Position numbers and translations under genes: made by a program
Shown: positions 1 through 12,280 of the stretch, piece after piece
How positions within the stretch are numbered: position 1 is the first letter of the stretch
Layout: each line of letters starts with the position of its first letter
The notes under the pieces: generated by a model
What the model saw: the letters and a program-made list of their open reading frames with translations, nothing else
What the model was told of the DNA's origin: nothing
The model's database searches: none
Source of the DNA: an uncultured delta proteobacterium
Lineage (GTDB): Bacteria; Myxococcota_A; Polyangia; Polyangiales; B10-G4
DNA: 64,000 nucleotides
Direction of reading: 5' to 3'
Assembly (NCBI GenBank): GCA_963727445.1
Contig: CAVSGI010000009.1
Location: forward strand, 874,599 to 938,598

Positions 1-1228
1 CCGTCGTCGCCATGCGCTGCAGGCGGGGGACGGCCGGCGGCGTGACCGGCGCTTCGTCCCCGCCGTTCGCCATCGGCGCCGCGGTCGCTTCGTCCTCGCC
101 GACGAGGTTGATCACGAAGAGCGCCGCGACCGTCAGCCCCGCGAGCACGGTCGCCGCCGCACCCAGCGCGATCAGCGACAGGCCGCGGCGCGACGGGCGC
201 TTCGCCACGTCGGTGGCGGCCGCCGAGCTCTGCCCGGTGTCGGCGATGGCCGTCGGCGCGTGCGCGGGATCCGAGGCCGCGTGGGGAGCCGGCCGTCCCG
301 CCGCGGTGGGCGCGCGGCTGGGCCGCGCCATGTCGCCTTTCGGCACCGGCGTCCCGGTGACGAGGGTCTCGAGTCGGCAGAACGCCTCCAGCATCTCGCC
401 TGCGTTCGCGAACCGCTCGCCGGCCTCCTTGGCGGTGGCCTTTTCGAGGAAGGCGACGAGCGCCGGTGATGCCGACAGGCCCGGGCAGACGCGGTCGATT
501 CGAAGGCAGGGGCGTCACGAGGTGGTGTCGGATCAAGTCGACCGGCTCCCCGCGATAGGGCCGCTCTCCGGTGAGCATCTCGAAGAGGACGATTCCGGCG
601 CTGTAGACGTCGCTCGGCGCCTCACCCCCCTGACCGGTCCCCTGCTCCGGGGACATGTAGGCCGGTGTTCCCACGATGGTGCCGGTCTTGGTCAGCGCCG
701 GTCCCGCGCGACCCACGCGCTCCCCCGCGACGAACTTGGCGAGACCGAAGTCGAGGAGCTTCACGTGCACCGGCGCGTCGCTCATGCGCTGCAGGAACAC
801 GTTGGCCGGTTTGAGGTCGCGATGGGCCAGGCCCTTGCTGTGAGCGAAGGAGAGCGCGCGAAGCGTCTGCTCGAAGATGAGCCGAACGCGCCCGGGATCG
901 AGGGGCGCGCCCTGCGCGATCACCTCGTCGAGGGCTTCCCCTCGAGGAGCTCCATCACCAGGTAGGGCACGTTGTCGACGAGGCCATAGTCGGTGACCGT
1001 GACGATGTGCGGGTGGGCCATCGCGGCGTGGTTCTTGGCCTCGCGCTCGAAGCGCAGGCGCAGCTCCTCGCTCTCGCCGAACTCGGGCAGCAGCACCTTG
1101 ACCGCCACCGGGCGTTCGAGCTTGAGGTGGGTCGCGCGATAGACCGTCCCCATGCCGCCCTCGCCAATCGGCTCGAGCAGCCGGTAGCGACCGTCGAGAA
1201 CACTGCCTGGTTCGTACGACGTCCTCAC
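1..1228 (-). CDS. Ser/Thr protein kinase, frameshifted near 935 and again near 500; runs off the window
   Basis: N-terminus has GEGGMGTVY and VAVK. After a shift in a C-run the next frame gives HRDLKPANVF and VKLLDFGLAK. Confidence 0.85.
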
Positions 1229-1240
1229 GTGCGACGGATT

Positions 1241-2500
1241 CTATCCCATGGCCGGCGGGGCGGATTCGAACGCGATACCCCGGGCCTCTCGGCCTACGGA
1301 GTCACGGTGGTCACGCCCACGGTGCAGGTGGCATCCACGTCCGGATCCCCACCCTCCGGTCAGGACCGTGTAGGTGCCGCTCGTCGGGCAATCGAACTCC
1401 GCGTAGCTGCAGTAGTCGCCGCAGCCGTCATCGTCGTTGGCCAGCGCGGTGCGCGAGCCGCAGGGCTCGGTGCCCTCACAGACGCGGAGCACGGTGTCGC
1501 CGACGCAGGTGCCGAGCATGCAGCCCATCCCGCAACCGACGCCGATCCGCTCGCCGGGCGTACAGGTCCGGCCCGCCGTCCCTTCGATGGCGAAGCCGCA
1601 GTTGCGCCACACGCCGGTCTGGATGCCTTCGCAGGTCAGGGTGGGGTCCGGATCGGGCATGTCGGGCGCGATGGTCACCGGGATCTCGGCGACGTTGTTG
1701 GTGTAGTCGAGCTCGGTGAGGATCATCGTCTCGTTGAGCGCGAGGCGCAGCGTGTAGTCGCCCGGTGCCACGTCGGTGACGTCGACCCACTGACAGTCGA
1801 GGCTCGCGTCGTAGTTGTCGGCCCATCCCCGCTGGATGCCCTGATTGTCGCAATCGTACTGTTCGGTGCGCCGCACCGTCGGGTCGTCGGTGATGTACTG
1901 CTCGGAGTCGAGGAGGCAGAACGCCTGCTTGTGCCCGAAGCCCACCTCGGTCCCGCTCGCGTCCCTGAGGGTGTAGTCGGCGTAGCCGTTGAAGTGGTAG
2001 TGCATGTGACAGTCCGAGTAGACGAAGGAGGGGTTGTCGTCGCTCGGCGCGCCCAGGTGCAGGTCCCCGGTGCCGATGTTGGGTGTCACGGTGTCGAAGC
2101 GGAGCAGCCGGCGCCAACCCGACTCGCTCACGCAGCCTTCGACCACCGCACAGTGATCGGGCTCGAAGTAGGCCCACTCCACGTGGGCGGTCTCCATGGC
2201 GCGGTCGGGGAGGACGGTCAGGTCGGGCAGCGGGCATTCACCCTCGCTGGTCGCGGTCACGCACTCCCATCCGAGGCCCGCGGGGCAACACAGATCGCCA
2301 GCGGTGCCGCAGTCGGCGCCGCAGGGGCTGGCTTCGGGTGAGGTGTCGGCGCTGGTGTCGGGGCTGCCGGTGTCGGGCGGCGCGGTGTCGAGCGCCGCAT
2401 CCATGCCCGAATCCATCGGTGGCGCATCATCGTCTCCGCAGGCGCCGAGGGTCAGTACCAGGAGACCGATCGCCATGGGGGCGAGATGCTTCTTCTTCAC
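1241..2500 (-). CDS. Lysyl oxidase family lipoprotein
   Basis: Lipobox LGAC; RRLLRF, HMHYHF (copper-binding His cluster), GHKQAFCLLD, GWADNY and CQWVDVTDV motifs. The extreme C-terminus may be frameshifted. Confidence 0.85.
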   Translation of the reverse strand: MKKKHLAPMAIGLLVLTLGACGDDDAPPMDSGMDAALDTAPPDTGSPDTSADTSPEASPCGADCGTAGDLCCPAGLGWECVTATSEGECPLPDLTVLPDRAMETAHVEWAYFEPDHCAVVEGCVSESGWRRLLRFDTVTPNIGTGDLHLGAPSDDNPSFVYSDCHMHYHFNGYADYTLRDASGTEVGFGHKQAFCLLDSEQYITDDPTVRRTEQYDCDNQGIQRGWADNYDASLDCQWVDVTDVAPGDYTLRLALNETMILTELDYTNNVAEIPVTIAPDMPDPDPTLTCEGIQTGVWRNCGFAIEGTAGRTCTPGERIGVGCGMGCMLGTCVGDTVLRVCEGTEPCGSRTALANDDDGCGDYCSYAEFDCPTSGTYTVLTGGWGSGRGCHLHRGRDHRDSVGREARGIAFESAPPAMG

Positions 2501-2607
2501 GTCCCGAGGATCCTCCCAAAGGCGGGCCTCGCGCAAGCGGATCGATGCGCCCGTGAACCCGATGGGCGGGATCGGGGCGGCGCTTCGGGTGTACGCTCCG
2601 AGGCCCG

Positions 2608-3645
2608 ATGCTCTTCCGCCAGCTCTTCGACCGCGAGTCCTGCACCTACACCTACCTCCTGGCTTCCGCGCCCGGCCGCGAGGCGATCTTGATCGATCCC
2701 GTTCTGAGGAACGTCGATCGCTACCTGAAGCTCCTCGAGGAGCTCGAGCTCCGCCTGGTGAAGGCGGTGGATACCCACGTGCATGCCGATCACGTGACCG
2801 GCCTCGGCGCGCTCCGGGATCACACCAGGTGCGTGACGGTGATGGGCGCCGAGAGCGCCGTGGACGTGGTGAGCGTGCGCGTCAGCGACGGAGACGGCGT
2901 GACCTGTGACGGCGTTCGGATCGAAGCGATGTACACGCCAGGCCACACCGACGACAGTTACAGCTTTCGCATGAACGACCGCGTGTTCACCGGCGACACG
3001 CTGCTGATACGCGGTACGGGGCGTACCGACTTCCAGAACGGTGATCCGCGGGCGCAGTATCACTCGCTCTTCGAGCGGCTGCTGAAGCTGCCTGACGACA
3101 CCCAGGTCTATCCGGCGCACGACTACAAGGGAGACACCGTCAGCACCATCGCCGAAGAGCGGCGGTTCAATCCCCGGCTTCAGGTGAGCTCCGTCGACGA
3201 GTACGTCGAGCTGATGAACAACCTCGACCTGCCCAACCCGAAGATGATGGACGTCGCGGTCCCTGCCAACGTTCGGATCGGGCTGAGTCAGGCGGACCTA
3301 CGCGCGCGCGGCTGGTCGATCGACGTGGACAGCGCGGTGGACGTGAAGGACGACGTGCTCTTCGTGGACCTGCGCGAGGCGTCGGAGAGGAAGCGTCACG
3401 GCGCGCTCGTAGGCGCGGTGCACTTTCCCTACGGCGAGCTCGAGGCCGGGCTCTCGTCGGGAGGAACGCTCCGCAAGTTGATGGAGCGCCACGAGGGGCC
3501 GGTCGTCTTCTACTGCGCTTTCGGGGAGCGGTCGGCCATGGCTACCGAGCGGGCTCACTCCCAGGGCCTCGACGCGGCCCTGAATCTCGAGGGCGGCATC
3601 GACGCCTGGAAGTCGGCCGGACACACGGTCGAGCCGGTCACCTGA
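2608..3645 (+). CDS. Persulfide dioxygenase (ETHE1-like MBL fold) fused to a rhodanese domain
   Basis: THVHADHVTG, TPGHT, GTGRTDFQ and PAHDY motifs; C-terminal YCAFGERS and NLEGGIDAW. Confidence 0.9.
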   Translation: MLFRQLFDRESCTYTYLLASAPGREAILIDPVLRNVDRYLKLLEELELRLVKAVDTHVHADHVTGLGALRDHTRCVTVMGAESAVDVVSVRVSDGDGVTCDGVRIEAMYTPGHTDDSYSFRMNDRVFTGDTLLIRGTGRTDFQNGDPRAQYHSLFERLLKLPDDTQVYPAHDYKGDTVSTIAEERRFNPRLQVSSVDEYVELMNNLDLPNPKMMDVAVPANVRIGLSQADLRARGWSIDVDSAVDVKDDVLFVDLREASERKRHGALVGAVHFPYGELEAGLSSGGTLRKLMERHEGPVVFYCAFGERSAMATERAHSQGLDAALNLEGGIDAWKSAGHTVEPVT

Positions 3646-4879
3646 GGCGGCGCGCGAGGCCCATCGCCACCACCCCCGCGCCCACCAGCGCGATCACGGG
3701 ACCTATCACCATCCCGTTGTCGCCCCCGAGGAACGACGCGAAGATACCGAGCAGAACCAGGCTGGCGCCCGCCGCTACTGCGATCTCCGAGGAGGTCGTG
3801 CCCTTACGGCCTTTCGCCTTCGTGCGCTGCTTCTTCTGAGCGGCCGGGTTCGAGGACGCCGCGCTCGAGTCCGCGCGCTCCAGCGCATCGAGCGCGGGTG
3901 CGGACTGAGGGTCGTCGAGGATCACCGGCGGCACGCGCTCGGTCTTCCGTGGATCGAAATCGATCAGCAACGGCTCGACCGACGCTTCGTCCACCAGCTT
4001 CCCCGACACGTCCGGATGCGCGACGCCGACGGAGTCGTGCTGGTGATACCGCACCAGGTCTGTGAGGAGCTGCTTGACGGTCTGGTATCGGTCGGCCGGG
4101 TCGAGTCGCGTGCACTTGCGCACAATCCGCACCAGCCCCTCGGGGCTGTCCTTCAGCTCCTCGAGCGGCAACAGATCTTCGCCCGCCAGGAGCCGATGGC
4201 GGCCACAGAGGAGGAAATAGAGCACGCGGCCGAGTGAGAAGACGTCCGAGCGGGGATCGATTTGGTCGCCGACCTTGGCTTCGGGCGACGCGTAGGTGTG
4301 AAAGGCATTGGGGTCGGCGGAGTCACCGGAGGTACCGAGGAGGAGGTTCGTACCGGAGGCGCCCGCGATCCACGGGGTGCCGTCTTCGTCGAGGAGGACG
4401 GCGGCCGGGCTGAGGGCGCCGTGGGTGATCCCCGCGTCGTGCAGGTGCTCGACCGCCTCCGCCACGGTCGCGAAGACGACGAGCTTCTGTCCGAGCTCCC
4501 AAGACCGTTCGTCTGCGAGGCTTCCCCCCGTGCAGAGGCGCGTGGTGAAAGCCGTTCGGTCGGCAGCGAGAGACACCGGCTTGGCGACGTTCGCGGGGCT
4601 CTTGCCGCGGAGCGCCGACACGAAGGCGTCGAGTCGCTGCTCGAATGTGCCCTTGGCCTCCTGCGTCACGCGCGCTCCGAGCACGTGCACCGCGACCTCT
4701 TCCGAGCGGAGCTGGCCGCGGAAGCAATAGCCGAGCAGGCCGGTGCTGAGCCGCTCGACGAGCTCCGCGTCCGCTCTCACTTCGCCGGGCTGCGGACCCT
4801 CCGATGCAGGCGTCACCGCCTTCAGCGCCGAGATGGAGCCGAAGATACTCGGGAGCTCGTCGTCAGCCATGTCCGGCAA
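3638..4879 (-). CDS. Membrane-anchored protein-kinase-like protein (probable pseudokinase)
   Basis: YASPE and SDVFSLG retained; HRD replaced by HGA, no DFG; two C-terminal hydrophobic helices. Confidence 0.7.
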   Translation of the reverse strand: MPDMADDELPSIFGSISALKAVTPASEGPQPGEVRADAELVERLSTGLLGYCFRGQLRSEEVAVHVLGARVTQEAKGTFEQRLDAFVSALRGKSPANVAKPVSLAADRTAFTTRLCTGGSLADERSWELGQKLVVFATVAEAVEHLHDAGITHGALSPAAVLLDEDGTPWIAGASGTNLLLGTSGDSADPNAFHTYASPEAKVGDQIDPRSDVFSLGRVLYFLLCGRHRLLAGEDLLPLEELKDSPEGLVRIVRKCTRLDPADRYQTVKQLLTDLVRYHQHDSVGVAHPDVSGKLVDEASVEPLLIDFDPRKTERVPPVILDDPQSAPALDALERADSSAASSNPAAQKKQRTKAKGRKGTTSSEIAVAAGASLVLLGIFASFLGGDNGMVIGPVIALVGAGVVAMGLARRLR

Positions 4880-4887
4880 ACATCATA

Positions 4888-6236
<1,349 letters not shown>

Positions 6237-6240
<4 letters not shown>

Positions 6241-7994
6241 CGCAGGTCTTCGATGACCCGCTCCCGGGCCCCCGCACCGACCTCTACCACGGCGCTCCCC
6301 GGCGCGCTGAGCGAGGGGTTCTCGAAGCGCAAGCGATGCCGCCCCGCCGAGACTTCGTATCCCTGGATCGGGGTGGTGCCGATGGGTCGTCCGTCGACGA
6401 AGACCGTCGACCACGGGTTGGTGTTGATGTCGAGGAGCCCCGTCTCCCGGGCGCCGCGCACCTCAGCGCGCCGACCTCCCATTTCCGTTCCCGTTCCCGT
6501 TCCCGTTCCCATTCCCGCATTCGGTGTGGACGCAGTCGGCAGAGGCCCCTCTCGTTGGATATCCGGCCGTGGCCCTTCACCCCGGTGGGGTTCGTCCGCG
6601 TGGTCCGCAGGAACCGTCTCCGCCTCCGATCTCGCCCCCGGCACGGCCAACGCCTCGGCCTCGGCCTCCCCCCACGTCCTCGCCACGAAGAGGGTCATCG
6701 CCGCGAGCGCCACCAGCACCAGAGTCAGCGCGGCGTAGAGCCGACCGCGGCCACTCGGCGGCAGACGCGGAGCGTCCTGCTCACGCTCCTGGCTCCACTT
6801 CGGCGTCGGTTCGGGCTGGGGGGCCGGCTCCGGTCGTGCTTCGTTCACGGGGGGGGCCAGAGCCGCGCTCTCGGCGGTTCGATAGACGCTGAAGGGCTCG
6901 TCGGTGGGGACGGGCGCGAGCTGCATGCCCAGAAGGGCGTCGAAGGCCGCGCCGGTGTCGTTCTGTTGCGCGGGGATGGCCGGCATCGCCAGCTCGGTGG
7001 GAGCGAATGAGATGTTGTTCATCCGAACCGTCATCCCCGACCGAAGCGTCACCAGCTGCTGGCGCTCCTCGTCGACGACGGTGCGCACGAAGTCCGCCAG
7101 GTCGGCCGTCGACAAGAGGAACGCGCGCTTCATCGCGTGACGCTCGAGCTCCTGGCGCATCGCTGCAGCGGAAGGATGGCGGTCCGCGGGGTCGGGGGCG
7201 AGCGCGCGCATCACGATGGACTCGAGCTCCTCCGCGATCGCGCTCGTGAGCTCGCGGGGGCGCGGAAAGCGGCCCTCGAGGATGGCCGGGATCGAGGAAG
7301 GGTCGTCCTCGGCGATCGGCGGTCGCCCCGTCAGCATCTCGTAGAGCACCGCGCCCAGCGAATAGAGGTCGGCCCGCGGGTCCACCACCTCTCCGCGCAG
7401 CTGCTCGGGCGCCATGTAGGGCAGCTTCCCCTTCACCTCGCCCGCGATCGACGCGCTGTCCTTCATCGTGCTCTTGGCGATGCCGAAGTCGGCGACCTTC
7501 ACCTCGCCCTCGAAGGAGATCAGCAGATTGCCCGGCGAGACGTCGCGATGGACGATCGACAGAGGCTCGCCTTCACCGGACGTTCGCCGATGCGCGTAGT
7601 CGAGGCCCTTGAGTGCCTCGACGGCGATCAAGATGGCGTGGCGGTGCGGGATGGGTTGCGCCAGGCGGTCGAAGCAGATCGAGATCAGATCCGCGAGATC
7701 GATCCCGTCGACGAACTCCATCGCCAGAAACCACCGCTCGTCGATGCGCCCCACGTCGAAGGCGGTGACCACATTGGCGTGGCTCAGGCTCATCGCCACC
7801 TTCGCCTCCTCGACGAAGAGGCGCTCCATCGCCTCGTCCATCGAGAGCGCGGGCCGCACCACCTTCAGCGCCACCGGCTTCTCGACGCCCAACGACTCCA
7901 TCACCGCTTGATAGACCTCGCCCATCCCGCCGGTGGCGATGCGGCCCACGATGCGATAACGGCCGGCCGCCCTCTGCGGAAGCAAGGAGCTCAC
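6237..7994 (-). CDS. Ser/Thr protein kinase with TM helix and C-terminal PEGA-like domain
   Basis: [42 protein letters not shown] start inferred. Confidence 0.9.
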
Positions 7995-8380
7995 CTCAGA
8001 GAGCAGGTGACCGACGGCGTGAACGCGCGCGCCGGCGAGCCGCGGCGCGTGACCACCTCTTCGGTCGCTCCGCCCGCCACGTCCACCGCGTGCTGCTGGG
8101 GGTCCACGTCGGTGGAGACGAGGCAATGAGCGGCCTCGCGGCAGCTGCTCTCGATCACCACCACGTGGTTGTATCCGAGGCCCCGATAACGGGCCTCCCC
8201 GTGGTAGGCGATGCACTCGGGCGTCTGGCCCGGACTGTCGTCGTCGGCCATTCCCCGACCCCCGATCGCGAGGACCGAAAGGACGATGGCCGATAGGAGG
8301 CCGAGGAGTCGAAGACGAGAGCCCACGAAATCAAAGATATTTCCCTTTCCTGAGAGTGCAAGTTCGTCGCCTTGCCCCAC
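7991..8380 (-). CDS. Small secreted Cys-containing hypothetical protein
   Basis: Signal-like hydrophobic stretch; stop codon overlaps the kinase start. Confidence 0.6.
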   Translation of the reverse strand: MGQGDELALSGKGNIFDFVGSRLRLLGLLSAIVLSVLAIGGRGMADDDSPGQTPECIAYHGEARYRGLGYNHVVVIESSCREAAHCLVSTDVDPQQHAVDVAGGATEEVVTRRGSPARAFTPSVTCSLR

Positions 8381-8424
8381 CCCCCGTCCACATGTAGGTT
8401 GCCGGCCTTCTCACTGAGGAATTC

Positions 8425-9828
8425 ATGCGCGCCCATTCTTTGCTCATTTTCTCCGCCATCGCCCTCACCCTCGCCGCCTGCGGGGATGATGGGGCCTCCG
8501 ACACCGGCCCCACGGACGGTGGTGGCGACGCCGCCGACACCACTCCGCCCACCGACACCGGCACCGATACCGGCGCCATGGATTCCGCCATGGACAGCAC
8601 GGTTCCCGGCTGTGAGACGGACTGTGAGTTCATCGACGTCGTGGCGGGCGCAACCCACAGCTGCGCGCTTCGCGCCAACGGCACCATCTGGTGTTGGGGC
8701 GGCAACATCAACGGCGCTCTCGGCGACGGCCGCATGCGCCACGGCATGCAGTGCGGGATGATGGAAGGTGGGGACGTTCCCGACTGCTCGCCCCCGGTGC
8801 AGGTGGCCGTCATCGACGACGCGACCGCGCTGAGCTCGCGTGGCGGGATCGAGAACTGCGCTCTGCGTTCGAGCGGTGGCGCCTGGTGCTGGGGCCAGCA
8901 GAGCGTGGCGCCGGCGACCGGCGGTGAGCCCCCCAAGCGCTACACCCCGGAGGCGCGGAGCGGCCTCGACTCCGTCGAGACCATCAGCGACGGATTCGAT
9001 CACACCTGTGGCGTCGCCGCGGGGCAGGCGGTCTGCATCGGTCTCAACCAATCGGGTCAGATTGGCGACGGCACCAAGGTCGACGCCCGCACCGCCTACA
9101 CGGTCCCGATGCCCACCGACATGGAGATCGTCGAGGCCGGCGCCGCCTCGGACTTCACCTGCGGGCTCGCTGGCGGTTCCGCCTGGTGCTGGGGCAACAA
9201 CGACTCGGGTCAGCTCGGCGACGGCGTCGATGCCCACATGGGCGGCTGCATGGGCTCGGTCGCCATGTACGACTGCAGCCTCACGCCGGTGGAGGTCACG
9301 ATGCCCGACGGCATCACCTTCTCCGACATCAAGTTGGGCGCCGGCCATGCTTGTGCCCTCGGCAGCGACAACAACGCCTATTGCTGGGGCGCCAACAACT
9401 ACGGCCAGCTGGGCCTGGGCAACCTGGACGCGTCCAGCGTGCCCGTGCAGATCACCGACACGGGTGATGTCGCCGCGCTCGACGCCGGCGCGGTCTTCAC
9501 CTGCCTCCTGTACACCTCCGGCGCGGTCTCCTGCTTCGGCGACAACCAGGAGGGCCAGATCGGCGATGGCAGCTTGGATCACGGCGGCGACTGTGGTGGC
9601 GCGGCCACCGGGTGCTGCGGTCCGATGGGAACCGACTGCTCCTGGGACATCTCGCCGGTCTCCGGTCTCACCGACGCCGTCACCATCGGCCTCGGCTGGC
9701 GTCACGCGTGCGCGATCCGCATGACCGGCGACGTCGTGTGCTGGGGCTACAACAGCAAGATGCAGCTCGGCGACACAACTCGCGATCGGCGTGACGCGCC
9801 TGTCACCGTGATGTCCCTGGGCGACTAG
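8425..9828 (+). CDS. RCC1-repeat (beta-propeller) lipoprotein
   Basis: Lipobox LAAC; repeated HxCA...WCWGxNxxGQLG units. Confidence 0.88.
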   Translation: MRAHSLLIFSAIALTLAACGDDGASDTGPTDGGGDAADTTPPTDTGTDTGAMDSAMDSTVPGCETDCEFIDVVAGATHSCALRANGTIWCWGGNINGALGDGRMRHGMQCGMMEGGDVPDCSPPVQVAVIDDATALSSRGGIENCALRSSGGAWCWGQQSVAPATGGEPPKRYTPEARSGLDSVETISDGFDHTCGVAAGQAVCIGLNQSGQIGDGTKVDARTAYTVPMPTDMEIVEAGAASDFTCGLAGGSAWCWGNNDSGQLGDGVDAHMGGCMGSVAMYDCSLTPVEVTMPDGITFSDIKLGAGHACALGSDNNAYCWGANNYGQLGLGNLDASSVPVQITDTGDVAALDAGAVFTCLLYTSGAVSCFGDNQEGQIGDGSLDHGGDCGGAATGCCGPMGTDCSWDISPVSGLTDAVTIGLGWRHACAIRMTGDVVCWGYNSKMQLGDTTRDRRDAPVTVMSLGD

Positions 9829-9837
9829 CCTGCTCCG

Positions 9838-11296
9838 ATGAGCGGCGCGCTCTTCCCGAACGTCAGCCCCGATCGTCCGGCGCTCAGCGTCGAAGATCGG
9901 ACGCTGACGCACGGTGAGCTGGCGCGCGCTCTGTCGCGTCACTTCGAACGGCTCTCGTCGGCGGGAGTGTCGCCCGGTGACCGTGTCGCGGTCTGGACCG
10001 AGCGCACCCTCGAGACGCCGGTAGCCCTCCTCGGCAATGCCGCGGCGGGCATCGTGAGCGTCCCGCTCAACGCGTCCCTGGGCGAGCGCGAGCTCGCCCA
10101 CATCCTTCGTCACGCGAAGCCCAAGCTGGTGGTGGCCACCAGCCCCGCGAGCGCTTCGCGCACCCCCGATCATTCGGTGGTCGAGGCGACGGTCGACACC
10201 GCGGGCGAGCCTCGGCTCTCCGTGCGGGATGCCGACGACGCGCCTCTACTGATCCTCTACACCTCCGGCACCACCGGCCCGCCCAAGGGCGCCGTGCTCA
10301 CGGCGAAGAACGCCGCCGCGAACATCGACGGCCTGGCCGCCGCCTGGGCCTGGACGCCACGAGACACCGTGGTGCACGCCCTGCCGCTCTTCCACGTCCA
10401 CGGGCTGATCCTCGGGCTCTTCGGGAGCCGTCGCGTCGGGGGTCATCTCCACTGGGTGCCGCGCTTTTCGCCGGAGAGGGTCGCCGGGGCTCTCTCGGCA
10501 GGCGGGACGATGCTCTTCGCGGTTCCCACGATGTACCACCGACTGGTGGAAGCCGCGGAGGCCGACGCTTCGATCGCGTCGACGCTGGCGGGCGCGCGCC
10601 TGCTCATCAGCGGGTCGGCGGGTCTGCCCGTCCGCGAGCATCGGCGCATGGAGGCGATCACCGGCCGGAAGGTCATCGAGCGCTATGGCCTCACCGAAAC
10701 CCTGATCAACACGGCCGTTCATCACGACGCGCCGAGGCCGGGCTACGTGGGCCCGCCGGTTCCGGGCGTCCAGCTCCGGCTCGTCGACGACGCGCGTCAG
10801 CCGATGGACGCGCGAGACGACGCGACCATCGGAGAGGTGGCGGTGCGCGGGCCGTCGGTCTTCGCGGGCTACCTCGACGACCCCGAGGCCACCGCCAAGG
10901 TGCGGGACGACGACGGCTGGTTCTACACCGGAGACCTCGCCACCATGACCGAGGACGGCGTCCTGCGCATCGTCGGGCGGCGCGCCACCGATTCTGATCA
11001 AGACCGGCGGCTTCAAGGTCGGCGCTGGCGAGGTGGAGGCGGCGCTCCTCGAGGAGGTGGGGGTGGCCGAGGCAGCCGTCACCGGCGTGCCCGATGAGGA
11101 TCTCGGGCAGCGCATCGTGGCGTACGTGGTGCCGCGCGACGCGGCCGCGCCTCCCGACGCCGACGCGCTGATCCGTGCCGTCGCCAATGCCCTCGCACCC
11201 CACAAGCGTCCCCGGCAGATCCGCTTCGTCGAGGCGCTGCCGCGCAACGCGATGGGGAAGGTGCAGAAGAAGCGCCTCGGAGAGCTCGACCCTTGA
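9838..11296 (+). CDS. Acyl-CoA synthetase (AMP-binding, MatB-like), frameshifted near 10990
   Basis: YTSGTTGPPKG, LPLFHVHG, YGLTET and TGD; the C-terminal domain (LIKTGGFKV...LPRNAMGKVQK) is in another frame. Confidence 0.88.
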
Positions 11297-12279
11297 AGTC
11301 CGAGGACGGCTATCGCCTCGATCCGCTGAGTGGGGAGTTCATCGCGGTGACCCCCGGACGGCGCAAGGCCTACAAGCCCCGCACCCGGCCTGCAGAGATG
11401 CCGCAGATCGCAGGCCGCTGTCCCTTCTGCCCCGGCCACGAGTCGGACACCGAGGAGACAATCGCCCAGACGCCCGCGTCGGGACCCTGGCAGGTGCGCG
11501 TGGTGAAGAACATCTATCCCCTCGCGAGTGAGGGCGCCGAGGTGGAGCCGGTGACGGGTGGCGTGCTCGAGGCGGCGCGCGGCATGCACGAAGTGGTGGT
11601 GGAGCACCGCGCGCACGACGTGGACATGCCCGACTACGACGACGCGCATCTGGCAGCGGTCCTTCGCACCTACCGAGACCGCGTCGCGGCGCTCTCGTCC
11701 ATGGAAGGCGTGGCGTCGGTGGCCGCTTTCCGCAACCGCGGCCGCCGCGCGGGCTCGTCCCAGCCGCACCCTCATGGCCAGGTGGTCGCCGTCCCGGTCG
11801 TCGCGCCGCGGCAGGCGAGGCGCCAGGCCCTCGCCCGTGCCCACCACGACGAGGCCGGCGAGTCGCTCCTCGACACGATGGTGAAGGCCGAGCTCCGCGC
11901 CGAGCTTCGCGTCATCGAAGAGCGTCGCGGCTTCGTGTCGTTCGTCCCCTTCGCGGCGCGCCAGAACCATCACCTGCGCATCGCGATGCTCGGCGCGCGA
12001 GGAGGCTTCGGCGGCGTCACGGACGACACCATCGCCGCCCTCGCCGAGGCTCTGGGGCGCGCCCTCGTCCGGGTGAGGGCGGCGACCGGCGACGCGCCCT
12101 ACAACATCCTCTTCGAGTCGCCGCCGGTGGGGGCGCAGAGCCACGCCGGCGCCTTCTGGTATGTGGACGTGCTGCCGCGGCGGGGCGGTCACGCCGGTTT
12201 CGAGCTGGGCTCGGGGATCGAGGTGGTGACGGTTCTACCCGAGCGTGCGGCCGAGGAGCTGCGCGCCGCGCCCTTCTGA
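11293..12279 (+). CDS. galT: Galactose-1-phosphate uridylyltransferase family protein
   Basis: CPFCPG, GSSQPHPHGQ (HPH motif) and AGFELGSG. Confidence 0.85.
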   Translation: MKSEDGYRLDPLSGEFIAVTPGRRKAYKPRTRPAEMPQIAGRCPFCPGHESDTEETIAQTPASGPWQVRVVKNIYPLASEGAEVEPVTGGVLEAARGMHEVVVEHRAHDVDMPDYDDAHLAAVLRTYRDRVAALSSMEGVASVAAFRNRGRRAGSSQPHPHGQVVAVPVVAPRQARRQALARAHHDEAGESLLDTMVKAELRAELRVIEERRGFVSFVPFAARQNHHLRIAMLGARGGFGGVTDDTIAALAEALGRALVRVRAATGDAPYNILFESPPVGAQSHAGAFWYVDVLPRRGGHAGFELGSGIEVVTVLPERAAEELRAAPF

Positions 12280-12280
12280 T

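Noticed and set aside
6484..6516. TTCCCG hexamer repeat
   Set aside because: Encodes a Gly-Thr linker inside the kinase.
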